From Azolla caroliniana (taxonomy: Eukaryota > Plantae > Polypodiophyta), in the NCBI GenBank assembly GCA_043228905.1, contig JBHGNT010000016.1, forward strand, positions 2,666,001 through 2,730,000: a stretch of DNA of 64,000 nt. The letters run 5' to 3'. A program made the translations under genes and the position numbers. The notes under the pieces are model-generated. The model worked only from the letters and a program-made list of their open reading frames with translations. It was not told the DNA's origin and ran no database searches. Shown one piece after another: positions 50,576 through 64,000 of the stretch (positions are counted from its first letter, which is position 1; the number at the start of each line of letters is the position of its first letter).

Positions 50576-52497
50576 ATGACATCTTGGCTATCCATTGGGA
50601 TGGAATGCAACGAGGAAAGGAAATGTTGAATGGGTTCTACAAAAAATGAGAAAGAAAGAAAGATATATTAACGTCTTCTAAGGCCAAATTTGGCCCATGA
50701 GACAAATGGTTTACAAAAAATGGGATATTTACCCATTCATCGAAAGTAAAAAAATCCCAATAAGATAAAAAATAGTTCTAAAAAAAACATGTTCTACAAT
50801 GAAAAGATGTTATACTAGGCCTAATTTCATTTCCATCCAAGTCTCTCGAAAAGAAGCGAGAGGTCAAAGGATTGCGATGTGGATGTTGCCCGTGGTTCCA
50901 ATGTAAAAGGTACCCCAACCATAGCTTCTAGTCGACGTAGCTCATGTTCCCTTATCTTCTTAATCTTTTCTACTCCACGTCGATTTGTTTTGAAGCCCAA
51001 CATCCAAGGGCGTTTGGTTGTTCTTTGTATTTCTGCTTCCTCGAGAGAGAGGCTGAGCGGCATAAGTGTATCCACATTCATTGTCTCCCCTTGTTCCTGA
51101 AAAATGACACTAGTTACATGTTGATGAATAGTAAAATGGCTATGATTAACACTTTGTAATTTATTCTCCCTATGTTGTTTTAGCTCTAAGATATACCTAC
51201 CTAGTCTAAGCTAAGCTAAGCTATTGGAAGATTGCGACATGGTCACTCTATATCAGAATGGGGATATTGTAATCTATATTCATGGCTTACATGTTATATT
51301 ACTTAATTATGATTGATTGGCCGAAACACATGATACAAAAGATTAACTCAGAAATCATAGACAATTTTTGGTGCTCTAATTAGTCGCATAGAGCTGTATG
51401 ACTCCTATCACTAGAGAAGATATGCACTCCATGATTGTGTGGCGGGCTAAATATTCTTAATTTGCAGTTGCATATGTTGGCAAGAAAAGCTATTTTACTA
51501 CCAAAATTTGTTGAGATCCAAAAAACATTGACTATGAAACCTAAAAAAAATCATCACTAGGAAATCTCCTCCATCACTCTAGAAGGTATACTATCCATGG
51601 GCCCATATGAGTTTTGAATTTTACTCTTATATGATTGAATAGAGGGCACACAATTGTGTCTAAAAGTTGTCACTTGGTGTGTCCAACTTGGAGATATGTG
51701 TGGTTATTGCATCCCTTGGTTGATGGCAGGAAGCATTATGGAATGGTCATGAAGTTGTCAAGCCACAATCTAAGATGGTACCTCTCCTTGATTTTAATAT
51801 TCGAGCAAAGTTCGTGGATGTGGTTTACTCTAATTACTTTGATCGAGCCTCCATCATGACTAGAAATGTGAAAGGGGGCCATTTGTTTCTTGTGTTAACA
51901 AAATGCATATCCATTTGCTCATTCCAAATATAATGAAGGATGCTTTTCCCACAATAAATATATATTGTATGGGATGGAAAAGAGAAGACAAACACATTTG
52001 TAAGTTGATTGCCACTACTCTAGTGAGAAACTTATATAACCCACTCATTTATGATACTTTGGAGAGAAGATAGACTCACTTTTAGTGAATTGGACATCTT
52101 ACCCAATCTCAACATTTCTTAAAATAAATATTGACAAGGCACTTTAAGTTCAACAAAAGATGGAAAAATATCATTTCTAATTGTGTTTCAATTCCCAACC
52201 TAAGCTTTTCGCATATTTATTAAACCCCATCTTTATTGTGTACTTCCAAGGTCACCACGATCTAATGCCCTCCCTTCTCTTTCAAGTCGTAAATGTTTCG
52301 TAATTATGAGATGACACATGCATACTCAATGTTGAATATAATTGCAATAATTACTTGGGGATCATCATCTATCTCTAGAGATACCACATTCAACCTAGTG
52401 AAGGAGGCATTAAGCAATCCAACGAAGATTTTGTCCTATTGTTTGATTTTCTAATAACATTTGATTAGTTATGTGAAATATTTATATCCATCATACC

Positions 52498-53760
52498 TCA
52501 GCTTGGTTTGATCGAGTCTGGACCTCTGAGCCATTCCACTAGAGAAGTGAGCTTCGGCACTATCATCGATGGCGAGTCCATTGACTTTCTTCGACGCTAT
52601 TCTAATAACACCGCCCTGATTGCTTCGTCGAGTTGTTGGTGACGGTCATGCAGAATACTTCCCAACTTGTCAGGGAGGCTCGAATGGAGTGCAAGTGCCT
52701 TGACTTCTTCTTCAAAGTTCAGACCTTGCGAGGAGAGTTTTGTCAACACCAGGCTAAAGGTGTTGATATGGGAGGTCGTCGGCTCTGTCTCCCTCATCTT
52801 CATGTTGGACAACTGTCGAATCAAGATGAGTTTGGAGGAGCTCGACTCCTTCTCGTATATAGTTTGAAGCTTATCCCATAGGGCAAATGCGATTGATTCT
52901 TTTGCCATGTTGAAGTAGATGTTTTCATCCAAATGTACTCGGATGGTCGATCTCGCGATCTCGTCGAGTGACGGCCATTCTTCAGTCGTCATCGTTGACG
53001 GTTTGCTGTTGTGCCTGATCGTTTCGATCTTGCGTCATATGATCAACACATCTTGCATCATCTCCTTCCATAGGGCAAAAAATTTGCCATCGAACTTCCT
53101 GATCTCGCAACCTATATTGAATGTTGAGGCCCTTTTTCTTTTGGAGGTGTTTGTTGGCCTAGTCTTTTACTTCAGACTTCTCCCTCTTCTTATACCTATG
53201 TTGCGTGGTTCCAATTGACTCTAATACCACTTGTTGGCACTTGTTTAGTGTTTGGTCAACTATTGTGTGTAGTCGGTTAGTTAACTCTGGTTAGCTTTGC
53301 GAAAGCGAGTATGAATCTTGTTGTTGTGGATCAAGCAAGTGTAGAGTTAGCATGAGGTCTTTTCTTCTTCTTAATTTGAGAGTGCTATACAAAATGTATA
53401 GAGAACACAAATATACACAAAAATAGTTATATGGGAAAAAGGAGACGTTGCATTATTGTCAATCTATACAAGGAGGAATACCTCCCATTTATACATGAGG
53501 GTACTTAGCCCTAACTCCAAGGAGAGTTCACACTAGAAGTACAATAGCAGGAGTAGGACTTTTAGCCCAATATCCATAACACCAAGGATACCATCTAGAA
53601 GTTCCATCTTTGGTGTTCATATGAACCTACTCCTAAAGTCATCAATAGAAGGGGAATAATGTCATGGCCACCAAGAAGATTGTGTGGTAGGTGTGTGTAG
53701 ATCGTGTGGTTGGATTGCATAGCCTATTTCGAGGTTCATTACTTTTAGGGAAGAAACATA
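52498..53760 (-). mobile_element. Truncated Copia (LTR, PBS, gag N-terminus)
   Basis: PBS TGGTATTAGAG at 53219-53229; LTR edge at 53232; gag RKFDGKFFALWK..EWPSLDEIARSTIR. Far LTR end approximate. Confidence 0.75.
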
Positions 53761-54608
53761 TTTTTATTTTTAGAGAAAAGTCATATCTTCATTTTAGAGA
53801 AAAAGAATAGGTTATGATAGATCTCATGTAATGTGTGAAAGGGGGTTCCTCCCAATTCATGTCAAGTATATTAGCAACAATTTTATTATTTGTTGTGGGA
53901 AGTTATTTGTCAAGCATCTTCCTTTTGTCCTCTTATTTTTCCAATGTTATCATCCTACATGACACATTCAGCTATGTTGTCTATTTCAGGTCATGTAGTT
54001 CCCCTAATGGAATACGTTTACCCAACCATCATTTTGCTCATAAACCCTTCATCTCGTCATCTTGCCATCCTAACAACACACCTATATATCTTCTTGCTTG
54101 CTCTTTCTATGCCCATGATAATAATATAAAGTTAAGGTTGATTGCCTTCAGCATTAGAGTCTAACAACATCTAATTTGTGCATGTCTATCATTAACTTAT
54201 TGCTCAATATCAGCGAAGGGGTGAAATTTATAAATGTAGCAAATGTTATTAGCACCTGGATAATAAGAAATCCATTAGTCTATATTGATTCAAATTTGCC
54301 CGTGATGTCCTTACAAGTAATAAACATTACCTTGGTGTTTTGTGTTACAAACAAATTGGCTTTCATGTTCTTCGAAATAAATATTGACATGGCTCCTTGC
54401 CAAGGAACATCGACTCATTTTGTGTTATTAAGACTACTAGCAATTCTAATATAAAAACTACAAAATGACCTACGTAAATAAGAGAAAAATAATTTGGCAG
54501 TAATGTGAGAGTGTTTCATTTAAACTCTCCTAACTCAACAAAGGCCAAACCAGAACAGGATGCATAGCACAGAAAGATGCAAGATCACACTACATATGCT
54601 GATATTCC

Positions 54609-56168
54609 TTAGTCATAGTAGAGAAAGGGACTTGAAATAGGTTTAGCCAAGAAGGATGGGTCATCGAGGAGGCGTTTCATGACCGGAGTCGGAAGAGCCA
54701 TACAAATCTCCATATCTTTGTCGCCGGTGTCGGGACGGCCCCCAAAAAGAACCATCTCGCCATTTCCGGGAACTTTCGGTGATCGAACGGCAGCTGGACA
54801 ACCCCATCCGAAGTCAACTTTATACACTGGGAACCTCGGAGAGCTCGCCACATTCATCTGCTCCATCCCGAACCACCCATCCCATAAGTCTGTGTATCGG
54901 TTCCCATGAAGCTCCAACCAGTGCATACATTCGAGAAGAAGAGATTCTTGGTTGCCATTGAGTACAGCCCTGTGGATTCGCTCCGCGATCGTGCCTAGAT
55001 CCTCGCCACGGAGAATCTCCACTTGAGTGTCCGCGAGACCGAAGCCGATGATGTTCCCGAAGTAGGCAGAAGGGAGGGGGGGGTTTAGTTTGCTCCGAAG
55101 GTTGGTTAGCACCGTGAATCGGATCTTAGTTTTGGGCGGGGATTGTCTCGCCTCGTTCACTCGTTGCCAGAAGTGGGCACATACAACCTCATATGTGGTA
55201 AAGCTTCCCCCAGCCTCAGATTTCAGCTTCTTGATGGATGATGCAGATAGATCGAACACACATTGCATTAACACTACTTGCGGTGGTGGCACCGGCTCCT
55301 TTCCCAGCTCCTCCCTATGAACCTTTTCTTCTTCTGGGCTTCTCCACAACAGCCTTTCAACAAGTTTCTTGGCTTTCTCTTCGGACGGAGGGCCTTTGAG
55401 TGCTAGCCTCTCTCTTTCGTGAATCGGCGGCAGTGTGATGTTGACATGACCCCTCGCACACTCCCCCCATGAGACCATGAAATTCCACAATGACTGCCCA
55501 TCGGCCACGACATGGCTCTGTGACACGCCCAACGACATACCCCCATCCGAGAACCGTGTCACCTACTTGTCCAAATAAGACCAACACATCCCACCACATC
55601 CACATGTTTGCTTAGCATCATGATTACCATAGTATAGGGATTGATGGAGGTCACTATGTACTTCAGTAAGATCTCATAGGGTTAGGTTTTTAAGTACCTG
55701 GACCGCGAGTAGAGGGCTTGTATAGAGGTGATCCCCCTTGTGATCTACGACCGGGCAGAGACTCTCGTAGAGGGGCATCATCGGGAAGCCTTCTCGGCTA
55801 ATCTCGCTCATTGGGGTGTCGATCGAGGCCTCGATGAATTCGATCCCCACATCGTTGCAATCGATGACGAGACGGTTATTGGGATCTAGGGCTAAACGAC
55901 CCGCCCACGGGTAGTAATGAACTAGCACGGTAGAGAGGCTGGTCTTGAGGGTTTCGATGGCATCATCATAGGCAGTAGTAGTAGTAAGGATGTTATGGGA
56001 AGGGGTTGTGGTGGGGTAGAAGATGAGCCTCTTATTGTAGTGGAGGTCTTGCCAAAATATGTCGAGAGAGGAGAGGAAGAGGTGTCGTCTACTGGAAGGA
56101 GAGGCAGGCGTGATGATGCTGGATCTCTGTACCACAGACACCAAGTGTTTCTGAGATGGAGCTCCCAT
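54609..56168 (-). CDS. BAHD acyltransferase paralog 2; exons 56168-55698 and 55562-54609
   Basis: HVVAD and DFGWG; 135-bp GT-AG intron at Q|V; intact frame. Confidence 0.93.
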
Positions 56169-56453
56169 CTCTCTGTCTCTCTCTGTCTCTCTCAAACACA
56201 CGTACAAACTAAACACACGCAGACTCTGTTTCTCTGGGTCTTCAAATTCAACGTATGGAGAACAATTACAAGAGGTACAAAAAGAAAAAAAGCACATTGC
56301 TGCCTACAGATATGGATGGACTCGATGGACTCTGGACCACTCTCGTGGGCTCCTTTCACACATGGAAGCTGTAGATTGCGGCGGACATGCCAATCGGCTC
56401 TGCTACATGCGGGCAGGCGGGCGAGCGGGCCTCCATAGCTTCATGTGAATACA

Positions 56454-56488
<35 letters not shown>

Positions 56489-56794
56489 GTATGTATGTAT
56501 ATATATGTATGTATATAACCATTTGCGAAAATCGTGAGCCTCTAACATCCTCTTCGGGAACCCCTAAATCATCGGCATTGCAAAAGAAAATAATATAGCC
56601 TCTCTCTCTCTCATGCCACTCACTGTAATTTCATCCCGTCTTGTCGTACATACTAATTTTCTTCACATCACGCACCCATCGGGACCTTCGAATGTTGCTC
56701 CCCATTGGCCATTTCGGTTTCTTTACTTGCTTCCCATGCAATTTTGGGAAATCGATAGAACGAGATCTTTTTGAACAATTAGGGATGTACTTAG

Positions 56795-57104
56795 TAGGAA
56801 CCTGTGACGGCTCGACTCAAGCCTAAACCGAGCCGTTAAACTGTTTTTAGACGGTTTGGAGTTCTCGCTCGGCTTGGTTCAAGCTTGAGCCCCCTTAACT
56901 GGTTTGAGTATGGTTTAGCAAGGCTCAAACCAAACCGAACCGTTTAGGGCTAAACCAATTTAGCATTAAACGGTTTGGCCAAAAAATGGTTTAGGAAATG
57001 GTTCGGTTCAAGTTTGAAAACTCTCAAATAGGTTAAGGCTTAAGTGGTTTGGCCTTGTCCAAACCAAACAGGTTAAGTCGAAACTGAACCGTTGCCAATT
57101 CCTA
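56795..57104. mobile_element. hAT-type MITE, older copy
   Basis: TAGGAA.../...TTCCTA ends; AAACCG/CGGTTT-rich interior; degenerate 8-bp TSD GTACTTAG/GTATTCAA. Confidence 0.65.
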
Positions 57105-57269
57105 GTATTCAACACATGTCTAAATCAATTATTATCAACTGTATGTGGCTTAATATTGGCAATCCAGAATATTAGTCACAATGCCAAATAGATACAAGAA
57201 ACATGGCCATATTATAATTTGTGGAGAACTACTCTTTATTAGGTAGCAATGGTTAATGCCCGCAAGTTA

Positions 57270-57590
57270 TTATGTGAAAAGGGCCTTTGGGCCCCGCATT
57301 TGGGCTACTATGTGGTCCTCATTACTTTTTCATCCACTAAGAGTCACTTATAGTTTTTCAATAATAATTAACCGAGACAAAAAAAATTTATGTGGTAGTT
57401 ATAAATTTAATTAAGGCATATGTTTCTTATTTAGTATCCATTAAGAAGGCAAAGAGTGCTTGTGTAAAAAGGGCCTTTGGCCCCTTAGCATTGGGCTACC
57501 CCATGGTTTTCATTATCTCGCCTTTGCATCCACTAAGAGGGCCCACTTTTGTCCTTATAATTTCTCAATAATAATTGATTGAGACATATG
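57270..57590. repeat. Diverged ~190-bp tandem duplication
   Basis: AAAAGGGCCTTTGG..GGGCTAC..CATCCACTAAGAG..CAATAATAATT occurs twice. Confidence 0.7.
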
Positions 57591-59060
57591 TTCTTTTTAT
57601 CTTTTTCTTTTTTCCAAAAAAACACTACTTCGCATTAATTAGCAAATAGAATACAACAGAGTTTACCCAAATCCATAGTGGGATCAAGATTCAACATATA
57701 CAACTCGGAGCAACAACTCCAAAACTATAAAAAAAACTCACACGACCCTTAACTACAACAAAACTGAAATAAAACCCCTTTTACCCTGACTCTACTTCTC
57801 TCAACGAACTCTTTTATAACAAAGTTATCTGGATCACACGACTATGTTAACCCACTTGTGCGTCAGTTACACATACATAATTACATCCCATGTACAATAT
57901 TGGGTGCCATCGACGGAAACAACCTAGGTGCTTGGTATTTTCACTTAGGCCTTGTCAAAGATTTGACCATCATGGTAGAACCACCCTATTTCAGGCAAGA
58001 ACTTTGACCTTGCCCTTTCTGCTTCCTTCATCCCATTCCCCTTGAATCGAGATATACCGTCTACGCAACCAAGCCACATGCTCAAACCAGATATTTAACA
58101 CCACCTCCTTGCATGAGAGCTTTTGCTGCTAAAAAACAAACTTACAACACCTGGTGCAAACGTGTCAGACCGATAAGCACGCAAACATAAGCCAACTCTC
58201 CTCAAAAAATTCAGAATTTGTGGCAAGTCTCACCCCCATGACATTGGAACACGCTACCACCCTGCACTATAAATCCATGTCCCTACGGGTTTATTGTTTC
58301 ACCCAACATTCCCCTTTTAGGGAGTCTTTGCATGGAGCCCCACACAACGTTCCCATTCACACCAATTGCCACGATTCGAAGGCTTCTACTCCAAATGTTA
58401 ATCGCCTTAGTACAATTCCAGAATTTGTGAGAGATAGATTCCAAAGCATGTCCACATAACTTACAACCAACCTCACCACCACAGGAACTCAACTAATCCC
58501 CTATAGCTACCCCCTTGTGGCTAAGAAGCCACAACCAAGCTTTTATTTTTACTAAGTGTATCCAATGCCCATAGTCTCCTCCAAAATGACTTTATATCAT
58601 CATATGATATGTCTTTATCCCTCCAACTATTGTGAATCATTACAACACTCACCGCTTTGGAGCCAATGATTCGTCTTCCTAGCTTAGTATTGTACCCAAA
58701 AACTTTTTTTATGTTGTTTGTTCTCAATGTCTGCCACCGTACCTCCAATGGATCCCACTCCAAATCATATCAGGACTTGTTGTCAAAAAGCCATATTTTA
58801 CAATCCTGATCAAGTGTCTTAGGGTCCGGGTTCAATTGCCACCTCCTACCCTCCAACACTGCCGCCCGCATTGCCAACCACCTGCCATCCTTTTGGTAAT
58901 GAACCTAGGCTACCCCACAAACGCTCCTCGTTAGTTGAGCACCTACCACGGATAAGTTGTGCATCACCCTCACCTACAAACCAACCTAACCAAACTGCCT
59001 CTCTTCATGTTCAACTTACCTAATCCATCAACAACCTTATCTATCGCTTGGGTATTGAGA
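57590..59060 (-). mobile_element. Degenerate LINE 3' fragment
   Basis: FWRRLW..CKLCGHALESISHKFWNC C-terminal motif; A-rich tail (T-rich on +) near 57590-57613. Confidence 0.65.
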
Positions 59061-59336
59061 CATCTGCTTTTACATAGCACGTGTAAATTTTATTAAGACA
59101 CCCCATATGTTTCTTATTAGTAATTTTATATTGAATAAACATAAACACATTTCTTAATTGATGTAGTGATTAGATGTGTGTTAATTTTAGTTTAACTTAA
59201 GAAGCCAACCTTTGAGGCTTCTAGAGTTGCATGGAGTGAAGAGGTAAATGCTTTTAACATGTTGAAGTAAGACATGGTCTTTGTCATTGGGGAGTGACAT
59301 CTACAAATCCTTCTGTTAGCTCGTTGAGAGGAAGGC

Positions 59337-59584
59337 GACCCCTTACACTTAGTGGTGATCCTTGGGAAAGTATCACTCCAAGTTTATAAGTTGTGTTGGT
59401 CGTTCTAGGGAACTCGATTCACATAGTTCTATACACTTATGTAATCAATAATACATACTTGACCCCTTACACTTAGTGGTGATCCTTGGGAAAGTATCAC
59501 TCCAAGTTTATAAGTTGTGTTGGTCGTTCTAGGGAACTCGATTCACATAGTTCTATACACTTATGTAATCAATAATACATACTT
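59337..59584. repeat. Perfect 124-bp tandem duplication
   Basis: Units start at 59337 and 59461. Confidence 0.95.
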
Positions 59585-59747
59585 TTATAAGAGTTAGGCT
59601 CTAGGTTTTCACAAACTTTGAAAATGATGATTTATAATAAATACACCACTTTTGTACTCCGCTCATCCCTATCATGATTCAAGAAAGGGGCATGCTCCCA
59701 AAACCTATAAATACGCAAATCACATTGTTTCATATTGTCTTTATTAA

Positions 59748-59961
59748 TAGGAATTGACAATTGTTCGGTTTCCGATTAATTGGTTTAGAACCTTTCGAAC
59801 CTAAACCGAAATGATCCCTCAATTGGTTTCAGAACAAGTTTGGCCCAACCAGTTTGGCAAGGCTCAAGCCAAACCACACCAAACTCACATCGGCTAAGGA
59901 AGCTTAATCTTTCATCGAGTTGAGCCAACTTCGGCTTGAGCCAAGTTGTTGTCAACTCCTA
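59748..59961. mobile_element. hAT-type MITE (214 bp)
   Basis: TIR TAGGARTTGACAA; 8-bp TSD TTTATTAA/TTTATTAG. Confidence 0.8.
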
Positions 59962-62493
59962 TTTATTAGCAGTGGGGGTCTCCACCCTATTCAACAAATC
60001 AATATCAATAAGTGCAATTAACTAGACAAGTCATCTCCAACATCATACTTAATGGCACCTAAAATCTACTTTGCATTAAACCTTGAGATGAATGGAAAAC
60101 TACAGTCCACATACGCAATGGACATTTGTATATGACAATGCCCTCCTCAATGCTCCTACCATTGTCCAACATATCATGAATATTGTTTAAGAGTACACAG
60201 ATTAGCTCATTGTAATGTATTTGGATAATATCTATTTTCTTGTAAAATCAAGAAGAAAACGACCATGCATGCCTCATCCTCACCAAACTTTGTTAAAATA
60301 TCAAAAGTTTGAGAAATGTAAATTTGACTAGAGTTAGAATTCTTTGTCATGCGGTATCCCAATCGATGTCACCAAAGTTAGAAAAAGGTTGAGACAATTT
60401 GATCCTAGGAAATTCCACCTCGCATAAAAGATGGTCAATCTATACTCACTACATTCATGATTCATCTAATGGCTATTCAAATATAACGATATCATTAAAC
60501 CACCCATTCTTATGTAACTTGGGCCACCTCATATTCAAGAGACTCAAGTAATGGAACTAGGCACATCTCACTTTACTCTTGGAATATTCCTAATATAATC
60601 TAATGGTCTTGGAATCTTACATTTTGTTATTAAGTAATCCCTTGTCCTCGTCAAAGAGTTAAAGTTAAAGAGTTGAAACAATCCTCGAGGCTGGTCAGCT
60701 TGTCAAAGTCAAGATTGTTAATCTCTATTTTCACAATCTTGATGACCGGTGATTATGGTGAATCTCTCTTTGTTGACAACATTGGCAAGTGGATATTTCA
60801 GAGAGTCGTCATTTATTCACAATGTAAACAAGTGGCAATTCTACAAATTTTGTGGACAACTTCTAGTACAACTCGTGATTTCTATGACTAATTGTCATTT
60901 TTCACAACTTTGACAAGTCCTTGTCAAGATGGCTTGATACAATACATCATGAACAACTCTGTTCATGGACTACCCAATGCCTACAGTTAACCTTGAGACC
61001 ACAAAAATTGAACCACAGCAGGAAGAGTCTTGTTTACCAATGACTAAGGGTTTAGGGAGTAAATTTGAGTTAGGAATCCCAAGACACTTGTTCTCTAGAC
61101 TATGAGCGACATCCACCTTTAGAGATTTTGGCAATGTTGTATGCACCTTAGATATGCAAAGGCAAGACCTTCTCCTAGAATTGAAAGGTATAAGCAAAGA
61201 GCTAGTGCAACGGAGCATATGGTAGCCAAATAGAAACTTTCAATGCAAATTGTTCACGATGCCCACTAGCTAGGGTTAGATGAAAGACACCATTGAGAGA
61301 GGGCTCTTAGAAGCAAATATACTAAATGAGAGACAATTAACCAACAATTCTAGCCTCAATTTTCATATGAGTATTAATTTGCTAGGCCCAATTCACAAAT
61401 CTTGGGGTAGAGTCTGGAGTTAAATAATCATACCCATCCCAAACTTAGATCTCTTAATCACATGAAGAAAACCACTCAAATTATACTAACCAATGCATGA
61501 TGTACACAAGGAGTGGCACCCCAAGATCCACAACATTCTCATCCAAATAGTGTGGTTCTATGCCAAGCAATGTGCTCATTGGTAGCCATAGTAATAGAAC
61601 GGGCAACAACAAACCATGACACAACACCCACATTTCTCATGGTAAGTCCGCTCCTATTTGTAAAATGGTACCCAAATACACATGAGAGGAGGATGCACAT
61701 GATCAAGCAAGTAATTTGGGCTTATGAGCCCCTTTCTAACATAACTCCAGAGGTAGCTTTCGGGCTTCCACTTGACACGCAAGCCTTGAAGAAGTGTTTA
61801 CAAACTTCATCGCAATAAAAACCTCCTAAAATATTTTACTTGACCCTGCCTCGATCAGGAACGCATCATATCATGTGTCATGAATAGGCAATAACTACAT
61901 CCGATGAAGGGTTTATATAAGCGTGTCCTCAGAAATCAAGTCATTGCACAATTCGCTCGATGGGAAGAAAAATCACACCTTTAAAAGTATCATGAGCCAT
62001 ACATGCGGTGGTCAAGAAAATCTGCCCTCCCACAAGTGAAGCTCTCTTACTGATCGAACAACAGGGATAGATACATAAGAAACGGCAAACGATTCAAGGA
62101 GAATCGAGTCAAACGAACTTATCCCATGCCTGGGTAACACCCGATTTTCGCAATGGAGACAGACAAAGTAATGTATAGGTTGGAAGAGGAAATTGTGCGA
62201 CGGGGAATTGTATGTGTGAGGCAAAGTCTGGACTCTGGAGCCTAGGGTCAAGAACCCATGGTCTAGTGACATTGAAAAGAAACAACAAAAACATGTGTGG
62301 CTCTTGGAGCAGGAAACGCGAAACGGGAACAGAGCTTCTCGGAAACGCCAAGGAAACGCAAACGCAAACGCAAACTGAGTAGACAGGAAAAAACGCAAAA
62401 CGGACCTCCCATCTCTACTGTACTATCCTATCCTATACATACATACATACATACATACATACATTACCCCCATTTTCTTTCGATCTGCAAACC

Positions 62494-62686
62494 ATGGTGG
62501 CTATGGTGATGCAGAGTGAAGAGCTCCATGGTGGCGAAATGAAGAGATTGAAGACCATGCAATGTGGTGCTCATGTCGAAGCAGATTCAGATGTAAATTT
62601 TACATCTCTGAGACCAATTCATCCATTGAATTCAAATCGCGATACTGATGATTATCATCATCATCATGGGATTATTCACAAACAAT

Positions 62687-62717
<31 letters not shown>

Positions 62718-63723
62718 AACAGGAAGTTGTTGCGATCATATCAAAATCTGTAGTGGTGCGGATGAAACCCTAGATTTCCACATCCCAGGGTTCGAGATTC
62801 TGGGCCTAGTCGGAGAAGGAAGCTATGGCCGAGTCTACAAGGCGAAGAAGAAATCAAACAGGAAGAATACAAGGAATGGTGTTCATGGCGATGCGCAGGA
62901 GCAATTCATCGCACTTAAGGTCTTCAAAGCACCTTTCTCAGCAGACAAAGCATCTGAAGGCTACTGCCCCCAACCTCCTCCTGAATCTCAAATGGAAATG
63001 GCGATGAGCATGATGCTCTCCAAACAAGCTTCCCCATCAACACCCATCGTCAAGGCCCTTGGCTTCCATTTCCATTTCTCTCGACCTGTCAATGGCTACA
63101 GTCAGTACAGTAATAACACTCAAGGTGAAGCAGCCATGTCCATGGACTTCTGCCATGGTGGCACTCTCCTGGACTTCAGGAAAGGAATGGATCCATCCAT
63201 GAGGATGGCCGAGAGAGAGGCCCTGCTCTTCGTCCGCCCCATCGCGATGGCCCTCCAGTTCTGTCACGACCGCAATGTCCTGCACCTCGACGTGAAGCCC
63301 GGCAACATTCTGCTCCGGGAGCCTGGTTGCCTCGGCTCGGCAGTCCTCGCGGACTTCGGCCTCGGATTGGTCCTTCCTGAGGGTGCCCATTATGCCGAAT
63401 CGGCCCCAGGTAGAGGCACCCGCTGCTACATCGCCCCGGAAGCCGACATCTCTGGCATCTATAGCACCTCTTCCGATGTGTGGAGCTTGGGCGCGGTCCT
63501 CCTCGAGGCGTTAACCGGACATATCCCTCCGTATGGCTGCCGTGCGGACCCGTCTGCCTTCGGCTTGCTAATGGGCACGCACTGGCGGAGACTCTCTCGC
63601 GTCCCGGCCTGGACAAGACTGTCGAAGCCTGTGCGGGGTCTTATCAAGTGGATGCTGTGTCCAGATCCCCAAATGAGGATTCATCTGGAAGAGCTTCTCC
63701 ATCACCCATGGCTACTGCAATAA
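62494..63723 (+). CDS. Intronless Ser/Thr protein kinase, non-RD, probably CAMK group
   Basis: GEGSYG, IALK, HLDVKPGN, DFG, APE, DVWSLG, HPW; low-complexity N-terminus. Confidence 0.92.
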
Positions 63724-64000
63724 CATTACATGGGGGAACAAACACTCCATAAATATATGGCTATTTGGGTGTGTCTCTGTATAAACAGCCCATTTGGGTA
63801 TATGGATACTTAAAATCTAGGTTTATAAATGTATGGACATTGCAGCATCTTAATGTTCTTGAGCAACAAGCAAGCAAGCATGTATGACCCTCTTGCAAAA
63901 TCAAATTATGCATATATGCTTATGACTTCCTTTCGATTCTCTAATTTTCCTTGCTTCATCTCTGCGAATGACTGCGATTTGGTCGAGCTCGTTGCATATA

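Noticed and set aside
60000-61900. Protein-coding gene or assignable TE
   Set aside because: Only short ORFs with no recognisable motif; probably very old TE debris.
35420-63723. Biosynthetic gene cluster
   Set aside because: Only one enzyme family (tandem BAHDs) plus a kinase; no scaffold-forming or other tailoring enzyme in the window.

Overview
Plant nuclear DNA that is mostly transposable elements. The element set (Tcn1-type chromovirus, Athila-like Gypsy, Copia, L1, MULE) suggests a non-seed plant such as a fern; this is inference only. Positions 1-19 kb are a deeply nested stack: LINE > Copia > Gypsy > Copia > inverted sister LTR. The 3' LTR of the outer Copia also hosts an unclassified TIR element carrying an array of ~53-bp palindromes, and a deleted, apparently self-priming chromovirus has inserted into that array. 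Next come a near full-length L1 LINE bracketed by (TC)n tracts, a full-length Copia and tandem repeats. Two paralogous two-exon BAHD acyltransferase genes on the minus strand are separated by a 12-kb MULE (MULE/SWIM transposase plus zinc finger-Ulp1 protease gene) that holds a very young Copia. The window ends with two hAT-type MITEs, a LINE 3' fragment and an intronless non-RD Ser/Thr kinase gene. The best novelty candidates are the palindrome-array TIR element, the tRNA-like Pol III module plus self-priming signal in the chromovirus LTRs, the microsatellite-flanked LINE, the ZnF-Ulp1 MULE next to a BAHD start codon, and the mosaic divergence of the BAHD pair. All coordinates were read by eye and may be off by a few bases.
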